Shown: in pieces, positions 1 through 12,210 of the stretch
Numbering within the stretch: the first letter of the stretch is position 1
How the letters are laid out: every line of letters begins with the position of its first letter
NCBI GenBank assembly: GCA_900617105.1
Contig: UYFQ01000852.1
Coordinates: 1 to 64,000, forward strand
DNA length: 64,000 nt
Direction: 5' to 3'
DNA from: Hydrurus foetidus
Taxonomy: Eukaryota
The notes under the pieces: generated by a model
Database searches by the model: none
The model's input: the letters and a program-made list of their open reading frames with translations, nothing else
What the model was told of the DNA's origin: nothing
Program-made: the position numbers and the translations under genes

Positions 1-134
1 TAACATTGCGGGCTCTCCTAAACACGGTAGCGGCCATAATATAACCTTGCAGCGAATATATTTGCACTAATCACCTGTATTCGATCGGCTCTTTCACGCC
101 GGGCCGGTCGCCCCGTTGTTCAGTTGAGGGCGCG

Positions 135-734
135 ATGCACTGCAAGATCCGAGATCCTAAAGCCGCCCTGGGCGCGGTTCGTCAGTTCGCCGAAGCTGGC
201 CGGTTCATCCCGGGCGAGGCTCTGTCGTCACGGACCTGGCCGCCGAAGTCGGGCTCAGCCCGACACCGGTTGCGCGAGGCCCTGGCCTGTCTCTGCCGGC
301 GAAGGTCTGATCGAGCGACGCCGGGGACGGGGCTATTTCTATCCGCAGCTGACGGCGTCCGAGGTCATCGACCTGTTCGAGCTTCAGCTCGCCTTTCTGC
401 ACGCCGCCCTGCCCTCCACCCGCGGCGTCGGCTCGCTACGCAAGGCGGTCTCCAGCATCGATCCGCTCGACGGAACCCAGGCCCTGTTCGACGCCATCAT
501 CGACCAGTCCGCGAACAGAGCTCTCATGACGGCGCACCACCGGGTCGCACACAGGCTGGGGCCCGTTCTGAGGGCTGAACGTGCTCTGGCGGAGCCGTCC
601 GGTGAAACCGGTCCCGCCGGATGATCGAAGCCATCACCGAAGGCCAGCTTCCTGAACTGCTGCACAGGCTGCAGACCTACCACTACAAGCGCTCGGCCCA
701 GGCGACAGCCTACCTCAAACAGAGCGGTCGCTAG
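135..734 (+). CDS. GntR-family transcriptional regulator (frameshifted in read)
   Basis: Joined frames give MHCKIRDPKAALGAVRQFAEAGRFIPGEAL...REALA...EGLIERRRGRGYFYPQLTASEVIDLFEL, a GntR winged-HTH signature followed by an FCD-like helical region; likely stop TAG at 732-734. Confidence 0.75.
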
Positions 735-799
735 GTGCGGGATCCCACCAACTCTCTGCGGCATGTGAAGAGCGGGGGCTTCTCCACGGCTGAGAAGGG

Positions 800-1391
800 C
801 CAGGGCCGACAGGGCCGGGGCGGCCTGATCCGTCGCGCATGAAACCGGCTCACCGCCTCCATCAGGTCCGGCGTCGGATCGTCTGCATAGGCAGCGTGCA
901 GGGCGAAAGCTTCCGACCTGAGATCGTCGAACAGTCGCGACTCAAGCCGGCTCAGCAACTCCAGCTGACCGGCCACCCGGTCGAAGGCGGTCCACAACAC
1001 CTGGTTGCCGGCGCAGCAGACGATCGTCGCGAAGAGCTTGCCGACCGCCGCCCGGGGAGACGACAGGTCGAAGGCGGGCCGGCGGACGGACCTGACCAAG
1101 CGCCGCCGGTTCAGATCGAGCGCGATCGAATATATTCTCCGCGCATTGTTGTAGCGTTCTCGCGCTGCCGACCCGTCGAGCCGAAGGACGACGTAGCCGC
1201 CGACGCGGCACGTTCGACAAGGCCTTCGCCGCTCAGGCGCGCCAGGGCTTCGCGAAGTGGCGTGGTCGACAGCCGCAACCTCTTGCTTTGTCCTGGACGA
1301 TGACCTGCGTTCCACCCGGCAGGACGCCGGACTGGATGCGGTCGCGCAGCGACGACAGCGCCTGGGTGAACGGGTCACGGTTACGAGCCAC
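800..1391 (-). CDS. GntR-family transcriptional regulator, convergent with the first
   Basis: VARNRDPFTQALSSLRDRIQSGVLPGGTQVIV...LRLSTTPLREALARLSGEGLVER...GYVVLRLD; TTPLREAL is the GntR HTH motif. 3' end approximate. Confidence 0.75.
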
Positions 1392-1655
1392 GGTTATAGA
1401 TCCCGGATGATCGACCGCGCGCCCGCACCCGATCGTCACGCCGTGCATGGTTCTCCAAAGTCCGAATCCGTCTGCGAAAAGAACGTCGGGCGGCCCGCAA
1501 GACGTCCGCCGTCGCCCCGCAGAAATTGCGGGGCTTGTCCTGGAGGCCGCCGTCACTGGAAAAATAGAGCGAAGCCCGACGATCCCGGGCCGCAGACATC
1601 GCACGGGTGGAGAGGTTGATTTTCCATGCCGCCCGGGGTCACCCGAAAGGCCTAA

Positions 1656-2095
1656 GTGAAGCGCTTGATCGGGCTTGCGGCGCGTGCCGTCCGACGCGCC
1701 CGCGGCATGACGGCGCAGCAGGTGGCTGACGCCATGGGCCTGCCCTTGCGGACCTACGAGTACTTCGAAGCGGGTCAAGGCCGGGTGAACCTGGAGTACA
1801 TCCACCGCTTCGCCACGGCGACCAACTGCGACCCTTACGCTCGTCCTCGGCGGGACTCGGCTCAACCGAGTTCGCACGACGGACGGCGGACACGAAGATG
1901 ATCCTGATCTTCCTGATCGCCCTGGGAGAGTTTGAGACGCGGATGGGGACGCATGATAACCCTCGATCCGAGGGCGCTCATCGAGGCCTTCACCGAAGCC
2001 TTCCGCAAGGTCGAGACGGATGCCCGCGCCGCGCATGGAGAAACGGAGTCCTGGCTGGACGCAGGCCGCGACCGGTTGGCGGGCAAGCCGCCTGA
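1656..2095 (+). CDS. XRE-family HTH transcriptional regulator
   Basis: LAARAVRRARGMTAQQVADAMGLPLRTYEYFEAGQGRVNLEYIHRFA is an HTH_XRE pattern; continues in a shifted frame (MILIFLIALGEF). Confidence 0.8.
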
Positions 2096-2208
2096 AGACG
2101 GCGACTGACGCGCCGAGGTTGAAATATACGACGGATATAGGTTGCCGGTCCCTCGCCTCGGGAGCCTGATGACAACGCCGCATTTCGCGGCGGATCAAGG
2201 AGGCTGAT

Positions 2209-2323
2209 ATGACTACTTTCCGCATCCGCACCCTCGCCCTGAAGCCGTTTCGCATCTCACCCGCGGCGGGTTCACGGAGCTCGTCAGGAAGCCGACAAGC
2301 AACCCTACAACATCATGGCCTGA
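2209..2323 (+). CDS. Lasso peptide precursor A1 (needs two 1-nt corrections)
   Basis: AGGAGG RBS then ATG 2209. Restoring one G at about 2244 and one at about 2288 gives MTTFRIRTLALKAVSHLTR|GGFTELVREADKQPYNIMA*, with Thr at -2, Gly1 and Glu9; paralogous to A2. Confidence 0.8.
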
Positions 2324-2328
2324 GCGTT

Positions 2329-2356
2329 CGGACGGGCGGCTCCGGTCGCCCGTCCG
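2329..2356 (+). terminator. GC-rich stem-loop between the two precursor genes
   Basis: CGGACGGGCG(GC)-TCCG-(GT)CGCCCGTCCG: perfect 10-bp arms 5 nt after the A1 stop; such hairpins are typical downstream of proteobacterial lasso precursors. No clear U-tract, so it may stabilise mRNA or attenuate. Confidence 0.65.
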
Positions 2357-2410
2357 GCGTCTTGCACACTCACGGAACCATATTTTCGCAGTGAGTTCGA
2401 GGAGACAGGC

Positions 2411-2533
2411 ATGCTCGGTTTCCGCATCCACACCCGCAGCCGCGTCATCGCTCTGGGCGCGGCCTCCATTTCCACTCGTGGCGGCTTCACCGAGTACGTC
2501 AGGGAAGCCGACAGGCAGCCTACAACTTCATAG
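2411..2533 (+). CDS. Lasso peptide precursor A2
   Basis: GAGGAG RBS and an intact 40-codon ORF MLGFRIHTRSRVIALGAASISTR|GGFTEYVREADRQPTTS*. The leader has the LGxAxxxT-x|G motif. The tail probably reads QPYNFIA... if one C was lost at about 2520. Confidence 0.9.
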   Translation: MLGFRIHTRSRVIALGAASISTRGGFTEYVREADRQPTTS

Positions 2534-2568
2534 CTCGAGGGTCCGGCCGACAATCGGTGTCATTCATT

Positions 2569-3191
2569 ATGCAGGCTCCTCTGCCGACGGCGTGTTCATG
2601 GTGGTGTGCGGCGAAGATGTCGTCGTGCTCAATATTCACGACGATCATTACAGCTGTCTTCCGGAGGCGGGAGCACACCTCAAAATCTCCCTCTCGGCGG
2701 CCCAAGGTCCTGAACCCCTTCTGGCCGACCTCGCCGACGCGGGGCTGACGGGCGCGAAGGTCAGGGGCCGCTGCCCCATCCCGCCCCTTCCCGACAAGGC
2801 TCTGGACCTTTCCGGAGCGCGACCGCGCATGGCCGATAATCTTTGCGTCGTTCGCGCCATATCGTCGGCGTGGTCGCACGGCCCGGGTCGACGGCCCTTC
2901 GCCGAACTTCTCCTCGGCTCCGAGCCGCCCGAGAACTACGCCGTTGACGTTAAGCTGATAGCGCGATTGACGCTGGCCTTTACCCGGCTGCTCCCCTGGG
3001 CTCCGGCTCAGGCCTGCCTCTACCGGGCGTGGCTCCTGCGGCGCATTCTTCAGAGTCGCGGCCAGACCGCGACCTGGGTCTTCGGCGTCCGTACCTGGCC
3101 GTTCGGGGCCCATTGCTGGCTGCAGGTCGACCGCTTCGTGCTTGATGACGAACCGGATCGCGTCGCCCACACCCCAATCATGGCGGTCTAA
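2569..3191 (+). CDS. Lasso peptide B protein (leader peptidase, transglutaminase-like)
   Basis: C-terminal ACLYRAWLLRRIL...WVFGVRTWPFGAHCWLQVD..VLDDEPDRV with the Cys-His-Asp triad; N-terminal VCGEDVVVLNIHDDHYSCL RRE-like segment. Start approximate. Confidence 0.93.
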
Positions 3192-3192
3192 G

Positions 3193-4888
3193 ATGGGGGC
3201 CGTCCTCGCATTGTCCTGGCGCGAAGCGCCTCAGCTGAGTTGGTCGGAGCATCGTGGCCGCCGCGAGACAGGCGGGCTACACTGAGGTGCGTAAGTCTCC
3301 TTTCGGCTGGATCGGCGTTGCCGGTCCTCGGCCGCCCGTCAACACGACCTCAGAGGCGGGCTGTTCGTCGTCGGCGACCTGTTTTCCGCGTCCGGGGGCC
3401 GGTCCTTGAAATGGGCGGCCGCTCGAGCGGCTTAAGGGCCTGGTCGCAAGCTACTGGGGCCGCTACGTCGCGATCGATCTGGACGGTGACGGAACACTGC
3501 GCGCTGCGCTGCGGGATCCTTCAGGGCCGCTGAGGTGGCGCTCTGGACTTCGGACGGTGTCCAGATCCTCAGCACGGGTGTACCCGATTGGTTGATGCGG
3601 GCAGCGCCTGCGACCGTCTCCGTCATCTGGGAAGGGTGCCGGCCTGCTCGGTAACCCCTGGCCGGCTTGACCCAACCCCGTTGAACGGCCTGACCGTCCT
3701 CGACGCCGGGGAGATGATCGACCTAGACAGCGGGTCACCGCTCGCAGGTCTGGCGTCCTGTAGGTGATAAGGCCTCCGACATCTGGGACCCCGTCGCGGC
3801 CCGGGAGGGCCTGCGGGCTCGCGTCGATGCCTGTGTCGACGCTCTGGCCGGCGATGTGACCGTGCCAGGGGCCGAGCTTTCGGGCGGCTTGGATTCGGCC
3901 ATCGTCGCCGTCGCCCTGGGCCGGCATCGTCCCGCGTCGGTCTCTGGCTCAACGCCCATTCCTGCCGCGCGGAAACCGACGAGCGGCGATATGCCCGCGC
4001 TGTCGCCGCTCATCTCGACCTTCCGCTGACGGGTTGCAGCGCCTCGAGCAGGCTCTGGAAGCTGACGTCCTGGACCACACGGCAGGCGGCGTCCGGCTGG
4101 GTTCAACGGCTCCGATCCCGTGTTCGACGCCCTGGTCGCGGGCGTGCCGGACACGCGGCATCCACGGCCTGTTCACCGGAAAGGCGGCGACGCCCTGTTC
4201 TATCAGGGAGGCTCCGGCGCCATCTTCGCAGACCTCTGGCGCGCCAAGGGCCTGGCGGCCATCGGCTCCCCGTTCTGGCCGGGGTGGCGAGGTGGAGGCG
4301 CAGGTCTGTCTGGTCGGTCTTGGCCGAGGCGGTGACGCAGCGACCGCCGGGTCCGATCCCGGTCGATCCCGGCATCCTCGCCGACCCTGTCGCGGCCCTG
4401 TCGTCCACCCCTGGCTGCAGGGCGGGGAGACCCTCGGGCCGGGCAAGCGGCTCCAGCTTCACGCCCTGATCTCGAACCTGGCCTATGCGACCGCCTGTCG
4501 GCGCACCGCCGCCGTCGACCTGATCCATCCCTGATGTCGCAACCGCTCGTGGGTGGGCGATGCGGCTGCCGACGCCCGTCCTTGCGGGAGGGTCACGGAT
4601 CGACACCGCGCGCTCGGCCTTCGCGGACGCCCTTCCAAGCGAGGTCGTCTGGCGGCGATCAAGGGCGACTACACCGCCACCTTCGAACGGGAAGCCGCCG
4701 CCAGCCTCCCCTTTCTCAAGGCCCACCTTCTGGACGGCCTGCTGGCGCGGCATGGGATCATCGACCGGGGGCGGACAGAGGCCCTGCTCGATCGGGACCG
4801 ATTGATGTGGGCGGGCGGGAGCCATCATCTGAGCTCAGCCGCCATGGTCGAGAGCTGGCTTCGCCGCTGGACGGCGCGAGGGGCGTAG
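3193..4888 (+). CDS. Lasso peptide cyclase C (asparagine-synthetase-like)
   Basis: ATP-binding motif AELSGGLDSAIV at about 3871-3906, LFTGKGGDALFYQ, HPLMSQPLV, RR(S)KGDYT, C-terminal MVESWLRRW; directly follows B. Confidence 0.92.
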
Positions 4889-7291
4889 ACGCTCCAGGCG
4901 TCGGTCCCGCGGTCTCATCGAGCCAGGCGAGGATCTGCCGGTACATCTCGCGCAGGTTGGCCGGGCTTTCGACCGTATGGCCCTCGCCCACCAGGTGATG
5001 AACCGCACGTCCTTGTTCTGACGCCAGAGGGCCGAGTAGAGGCTCTCGGCGTCCCCAGCGCCATGTCCCGCTCTCCTGCATGATCAGGATCGGCGTGCGG
5101 ATCCGGTCCGCCTGGAACAGCGGACTGTTGCGCACATAGCGATCCGGATCGGACCAGGGCGGGCCGCCCATGGCGCCCTGGCTCTGCTCGGTCCAGCCCG
5201 CGGCATGGCGCATCGAGGTTCCCCAGCGTGGATCAGCACGGTTCCACGGCGCGAACTCTCCCCATTTCGCGGCCATGTTCGACATCGACGCCGAAACGAT
5301 GATCGACCGGAACCGGTCCGTCTGGGTGGCCACGACGAGCCCGCCGTATCCGCCGAAGCTTTGACCCAGTAGATCAGCCGGCCGCCGTCCAGCTCAGGGT
5401 GGAGCGCCAGGGCGGCGTCGACCACCGCGAGAACCTGATCGGCGAGACCGCTCGCCGGTTCGGCGGGATGGAAGGGTCGGACGACGCTGGGGGTCAGAAC
5501 CGCGTAACCGGCGGCCGTCAGCTGCTGGAGATTGAGCTGGGTCGCGAACTCGGCGGGATCGCGCTGAGCTGTGGTCGCCAGCCCGGGATAGGTCAGGACG
5601 ACCAGGGGAATGGGCCCTCAGCGGGTCGGGTCGGCAGGTAGAGCCAGCTCGTCAAGGCCTCGCCCTCTGATCCCGTATGAGGCACGGCGACGGGGACGGC
5701 GAAGCGGACCTGGTCCAGATAGGCGTTCAGGGTGGAGAGGACGCGACCCGGCCGTCGGGCCGTCTCAGGGTCAGCCGGCGCACGCCGTTTCGCTCGATCT
5801 CCTCGACGACCTGCGCAGGCGAGCCCGTCACCGGCGTGACGAGAGATCCCTCATCGCGGGGGCGGGCCAGGACGCCCGGCCGGCTCGAGCCGGCCCGCAC
5901 CGTTGAGGCCGAGCAGGAAGGCCCGTCGTCGGAGTGTTGTAGGTGATCCGGGGCGTCCAGGACGTCGAACGGCGCAAAGGGCCTGAGGTCTACGGCCGAC
6001 GACATCCGTGTGGGCCCGTCGGCCCGATACGCCAGGCCGACCCATCGGCCACGCCGATCAGATCGCCTTGATCGATCGTGTCGATCCTGTTCGGTGCCGC
6101 GGCCATAGCGGCCGTGAGGTTGAGGGCGCGTCCCGGTTCGAGCCGATGCCAGTCGTCGCGGGCGGAGCGCCGCGACGAGCGCGCAGGACCGGACGGTCGC
6201 CCTGCCAGACGGCCCGGACCGCGGTGAAGCTCGCGACCCGCGTCGCTGTCACATCAGGCTCGAGGCCGAACCGATCGAACGTCTCCATCCCGCCATCGGG
6301 CCGCACCGCCGCCAGGTCGCCCGACACAGGACCGTTCGGTCCCGTCAACCAGACGAGCACCCGCCGGCTGTCCGGCGACCAGCTCATCAGGAAGGGCGCG
6401 ACTTCGCAATGGCCGCAGGGATGCACGACGGCCCGTGCCCAGGGTGATGATGCGGATATGCCGTCGTTCGGGCTTGTCGACTGGCCAGAGCGGTCGGTCC
6501 TGGTCGACGGGCGGCATGGACCCGAGCGTCATCGCCGCGACGTGATCGCGATCGGGAGAGAGTTCGAGATCGAAGAACCGGCCGGTCGAGAGAACCGTCT
6601 TCGCCCCGACCTCAGGTCGAGCCTGATCAGGTCCGACTCCGGCGAGACGGGGTGTCGGCGCTGAGGCCCCGCCCCCATGAGGGTGAGGCTCGGCGCTCGA
6701 CCCGAGGCCTGCGTCGCCCAGCGCTCCCGCGTCAACACCTCGGCCTGGGGTCCCAGCCGATGACGAACGGCAGTTCGTCCTCCCGGCGATCGATCAGCAC
6801 GAGCTCGTCTTCCGAGCGCCACTGCACCACCCGGCCGTATCCACCGGCGTCAGGGTGGACGTCGAGCCACCGGACCGTTCGTGTCGCCAGCTCCAGGACC
6901 CCAAGGCTCCAGCGGTCCTGCTGCAGCCGAAAAATCAGCAGGCGGCGGACGGCGACCAGTCGCCCAGTACATGGCCGCGCCCTTCGGACACGGGAAGCAG
7001 TCGTTCGGCGGGTCCATCGCCCGCCGCGTCCGCGACCCACAGGACGTTCGAGGAGGCGCGGGTGAACAGGCCGAGGTCGTAGCGGTCGATCTCCGAATAG
7101 GGGCCGACTGCTCGAACACGATCCAGCGCTGGGTCGGGTCGATCGTCGTCCGTCCAAACGCAGCCTGGTTCAGGAGGTCGTCGATTGTATAGTCGCGCCG
7201 GGCTGTTCCGCCTGTGTCGCCCATGACGGACCGCACAGGAGCGCCATCGCCAGCGTGAGGACGCCGGCGGCCTTCGCAAGAGGGTACGCAT
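4758..7291 (-). CDS. Lasso peptide isopeptidase (S9 prolyl-oligopeptidase family, AtxE2-like)
   Basis: Nucleophile motif GQSFGGYGG (about 5340-5367), GAMGGPPWSDPDRYVRNSPLFQADRIRTPILIM, GEGH catalytic His; N-terminal signal-like start and YTIDDLL. 3' end uncertain. Confidence 0.88.
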
Positions 7292-7298
7292 GGTCCGG

Positions 7299-10221
7299 TC
7301 ACCAGCGCCGCGTCAGCTGGAGAGACACGACACGGCCGAGCGGATCGGCCTGACCCGCGTCGTAACCGTAGCCGCTCGCCGAGTTGTAGAAGGGCGGATC
7401 CTCGTCGAAGAGGTTGCGGATGTTGAGGGCGAGATCGAGCCCGTCCAACCCCATGACGCGCGTCGGCGGATCTGTGCGTCCGCCGTGATCCAGCGATCGA
7501 CCCGAGGGCCGAGCGGATCGCGGTAGCCGTCCACGTAGTTGAGGCCGAGACGGCCCGACCATGCGGCGCGGGTCCAGACGACCCCGCCGCGCAGTCTGAG
7601 ATCAACGGGATACCCCACCTCATCGAGCAGCTCATCCCGGGTCGCCGTCGGCGTGAGTTTGCGGCTGTAGTCGAACAGCCAGGACCCCGACAGATCGAAG
7701 TCGAATCGGTCGCGGCCCCGGTCCACGCCCTGGCCACGGCGAAGTCGAGGCCGCGCACATGGAGCTCGCCCGTGTTGATCCAGCGCGCGTCGAAGAGGGC
7801 CGAGTAGGCCTCCGCCGGATAGAGGCCGGGGGCACGAAGCGGGGATCGGTGATCAAGGCGTTGATCGCGGCAAGGTCCGCAGCGACGGCCGGGTCCACCC
7901 GCGTGACGAAGGCGGACAGGTTCGGATCGACGAGGGCGTTGTCGATGTTCTCGGCGATCGGCCGGCCGATCCGGTTGTCGAAACGGGTGTCGAACAGGGA
8001 GGCGTTGATGCGCCACCCCTCCGGACGGCCGTAGTCAGATCCGACCGTGATGGTTTCGGCGGTCTCGGGCTGGAGGTCCTGGTTCCCGCCGAGTTGGATG
8101 ACGGCGAGCTTCTCACCCCGTTTTCAAAGGTCGAGGTCGCGCCGATCACGACGGCCTCGTTCAGCTCGTTGAGCGAGGGCGCGCGAAAGGACGTCCCCAG
8201 GTGGCGCGAAGGGCCAGCGTCTGCGTGGGCGACCAGATCAGGCCGATCTTGGGGTTGGTCGTGGTTCCGAAATCCTCGTAGTCCTCGGTCCGAACCGCCA
8301 GTGACAGCTCCAGGCCTTGAACGCCCGGACGTGCGTTCGCCGCCCCGACGAACGGAAGCCGCACTTCGCCGAAGACGGCGGCGATATCTCGCGTCTGCGG
8401 TGCGATCGCGGTCGTAACCGGCGCCAGGGTGGAGACGAAATTCTCCGTCGCGCGCTCGAAGACCTCGCGCCGGAACTGAGCGCCACAGCCAGTTTCATCT
8501 CACCGCCCGGCAGGGTCCATAGGCGCCGTCCGCCAGGACATTCGCTGGTGACCCGGCTCTCGTTGCGGGTGCGGCTGTAGCCGGAGAAGATGAAGTCGGT
8601 GACGACGGCCGCATTGGCGCCCCCGCTGCCGAACGGATTGAAATAGCCGTCCCTCGCCGTGCTGAAGTCGGTCCCGGCGTTGTCCGCGGTGACGCCGAGG
8701 GCTTCGTTCAGGCGGCCGAAATGCAGGCGCGGCGTGTTGACGTCGCTGCGTTCCTCGGCCCGGGCGGCATAGGCCGACAGGTTCCAGTCTCTGGGCAGCG
8801 CCAGATCCAGCCCGGCGGTGAGGCCGAAGCTCCGCGCTTCGCCTTTGACGAACGACGGCTCCAGATCGTTGATGAAGCTGTAGGCGATCTGATGCCGGGT
8901 CGCGCCGATGGGAGAAACGAAGTGAGGATTAGTCCGCGTGACGGTCAAGATTTCTGCGGGCGCGAGGTTGGCGAAGGCGAAAGCGCGGTCGCTGAACCGT
9001 GCATCGGCCGAAACCTCCAGTCGATCGCCGAGGGCCTGGCGGACGCGGCCGTAAACGGAGTGGCGCTCCTGGGCCGGAATGATGTCGGCGCCGGCGCGAC
9101 GATCCGACAGGTTGGATGCCCCGGCCACGAAATCGGGCCCGCTTCGGGCCACGCCTCCCGCCAGCGGTCGGATGGCGTGAGTCGCGACATAGCCGGCCTG
9201 GACAGGGTCGAACGCGACCAGATTGCCGGGAGACGAGAAGATGCCGCGCCGATCCGAGCCGCCGAACGGTCGGAGATCGCCCGTCGCGGTGAACGATCGG
9301 TCGGAGCCTGACAGAGCGGCCTGGTCGCGATATTCATAGGACAGGAGGGCCGCGCCGCTGCTCCAGCGTCGACCGACGAGATGGGAGACCATCACTTCCT
9401 CCGCGCCGCCTTGCGCGGTCGAGGCGCGCAGGCGCGTCTCCTGGCCCTCAAACTCCCGTCGCAGGATGACATTGACGACCCCGCCGACCGCGTCGGATCC
9501 GTAAAGCGCCGAAGCCCCGTCCAGCAGGACATCAACCCGCTCGACGGCGGCATTGGGCAGGGCTGAGATGTCGGTGAACTCTCCGCGGCTTCCGGTGCCG
9601 GCGAGGCGACGCCGTTGACGAGGACCAGGGTCGAGTCCGCTCCCAGTCCCCTGAGATCGACCCCGTCGAGAGTGTGCTGTTGGACCCGCCGACATCGGAG
9701 GCCGAGGTAGGTCGTCGGCGTGGACGTCCCACCGAAATTTGCGGCAGGGCCGCCAGGGCGTCCGCGACCGACCCCTGACCGGACCGGTCCATGTCCGCTG
9801 CGCCGATGACGACAACGGGCGAAGCGGTCCGCGACGGGCCGCGGATCAGAGTGCCGGTGACCACGACTTCCTCTATTTGCACCGCAGGTTCGAGAGCGGA
9901 CTGGCGCGTGTCTCGACGCAGCACCACCACGCCTGGCCGGCTTCGGGTCCAGCCGATGCCGCTCCCGGAAAGCAGGCGGTCAATGCCGCATCAGGTTCAA
10001 ACCGTCCATTGATACCGGGGTGCGCAGACCCGCCACCAGGTCCGCCGTGTAGAGCAGCTGGACGCCGGATTGACGCGCATAGACCACCAGGCCCGCTTCC
10101 AGCGGTCCAGCCCGATTTCGAAATCGCGGGAGGCTTGGGCATGGACCGTTGTAGACAGCATCGCCGCAGTGACCGGCACGATCGCGGCTCCGGCCAGCAG
10201 AGTGCGGATACAGGTGGTCAT
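7299..10221 (-). CDS. TonB-dependent receptor with N-terminal signalling (STN) extension
   Basis: Signal peptide MTTCIRTLLAGAAIV..HAQ; EEVVVTGTLIRG; plug motif AVERVDVLLDGASALYGSDAVGGVVNVIL; C-terminal NLFDEDPPFYN...DPLGRVVSLQLTRRW. Confidence 0.93.
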
Positions 10222-10302
10222 ATTTTCGATCCCCTCCGACGCAAGGTCGCGTCGAACAGGAGACGCAGGGGCATCGACTGAACTGAGTGGAGACCCGAAT
10301 TA

Positions 10303-11277
10303 TTATCCGCCGACGGAAGGGACGGTGAGAGAACGCTGCCATCGGCCTGCGTCCGGGCCGACAGGCCGAAGAGATCCGTCGCCGCTGCCACGAAGGCTTC
10401 GCGGTCGCCGGTGGTGAAGACGCCGTTGACCGCGACCTCCTCGGCGGAACCGGCATCGAGAACGATCTTGCGCGGCAGGTAGCGATTGACCTCCGCTACG
10501 GCCTCGCGAAGCGGCGTGCTGCGGAAGATCAGACGGCGCTCCGACCAGCTCGTGGCCTGGGTCGCATCGACCGCGAGAGGCGAGGCGTCCGGTGTCGCGG
10601 TCCGGACCTGCTGGCCGGGCCAGTCGCCAGCTGCGGGCGTCGGCGGACTTGCCGTCCGTTACGGCCACCGAGCCCACGACGAGGGTCACCCTGGCGCTGG
10701 CGGGTCACGCCTCACGTCGAAGGTCGTGCCCAGGGCCGTCACGACCGTATCGCCGGCCGAGACCCGGAAAGGCCGATCAGCGTCGTGGGCGACGACGAAG
10801 AGGGCCTGGCCTCGCTCCAGAAGGATCTGACGCTCGGACCGGACGAACCGCACCCGCAACCGGGTGTCGGTGTCAGCGTGACCTCGCTGCCGTCCGCGAG
10901 ACGAACGACCTCCTGTTCACCGACAGCCGTCGTGTACAGGTCCCGCGAGGAGCCAGACGAAGACGCCGACCGCTGCAACCACCAGGACTGTTGCGACCAC
11001 CGCCGCCGGCAGAGAGCTTTTGCGGGAACCGGTGGAGCGAGGACGCGACGCCTTGAGGGTGTCGCGCGTCAGCTTCTGCATGTCGACGTCGCTGGAGAGC
11101 GAGCCTGTCGACCGCCACAGGTCTCGAGACGCTGGTAGGCGTCGGCGTTCTCGGACGAGGCCCGCCAGCTCCTGAACTCGGCCAGCGCGACGGCCGATAC
11201 GGGCGTTCGCCGAGACGGACATGCCACTCGGCGGCTTCACGGTCCGCAACGCGCCTCGCGTCCTGCGGGTCGCTCAT
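10303..11277 (-). CDS. fecR: FecR-family anti-sigma / sensor
   Basis: MSDPQDARRVADREAAEWHVRL; YTTAVGEQEVVRLADGSEVTL; GQALFVVAHDADRPFRV; ALGTTFDV; WSERRLIFRSTPLREAVAEVNRY. Confidence 0.88.
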
Positions 11278-11292
11278 GGCTTTCCCCATCGG

Positions 11293-11850
11293 CTACAGCC
11301 GCAACTGGGCTGCGCAGTATTCCAGCGCCTTGATCATCCGCCACTGGACCGTCGTGACCGGAATGCCCAGACGGTCCGATATCTCCTGATACTCCAAATG
11401 GGCGAAGCGGCTCAAGACAAACACCTCCTGAAGTCGCGGCGGCATGCCCATGACGATCTGCTTCAGAAGGACCATATCGACCTGCGATGGCGGGTCGGCG
11501 AGGGTCCGCGGCGCTATGCGGTCGGCGGGAGACAGGGATTGCGGGCTGCGGCGCCGCGCCCGATCGATGACGAGGTTTTCGACAATGCTCATCAGCAGGG
11601 CCTTGGGTGCCGGATTACGCCGCGACGGCTGTACGGCGTGGCGCGAACCCAGGCCTCTTGAGCCAGATCCTCTGTCTCGTCGCCGAAGCGCTTGCGCAGC
11701 CGGGCGGTCAGCCAGCCGGAATAGGCGCGATAGAGATCGTGCAGGCCGGCATCGGCCTCCGTCTCCTTAACTCCGCCTGACCGATCCGACACGGGCTCGC
11801 CTCCAGATGACGAGGCGAGCCCGGCCGAAGCACCGGGTGTTGAGTCCATG
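11293..11850 (-). CDS. fecI: ECF sigma factor (FecI-like)
   Basis: LYRAYSGWLTARLRKRFGDETEDLAQEAWVR (region 2); NLVIDRARR; MPPRLQEVFVLSRFAHLEYQEISDRLGIPVTTVQWRMIKAL (region 4). Start approximate. Confidence 0.9.
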
Positions 11851-12210
11851 CGAGCATGCGCCGACGCCTTTAGCCCCGAAGGACCTGGACATACGCGCCG
11901 ACCACGCCGCTGCCGCGGAGCCGTGAAATGGATCGTCTCAAGCGGGTTCTCAAGCCTCGGCGTCCCCGAGGCGACGCATCCCAAGCTTGAATCATGGTCG
12001 CCTGGTTTGCAAGCCGCGCTGCGATGGCGATGTGTGGAGGATCAGGTCAAGGCTGGCGCGTGCGCATGCCGCCAGAGCAGGCCGTGCTTCGCGTTGCGCC
12101 GTGGATGCCCGGGTGGCTGATCGAACGCTGAGCGTTTGGCCCTCATGGCAGGAGTGAAACGCGTCTGGGACCTCGATTTCCGATAAGCGAAGCGATGGCC
12201 ATCGCTTCCG

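Noticed and set aside
2391..2568. N-terminal extension of the B-protein ORF
   Set aside because: It overlaps precursor A2, which has its own RBS and lasso leader motif in another frame.
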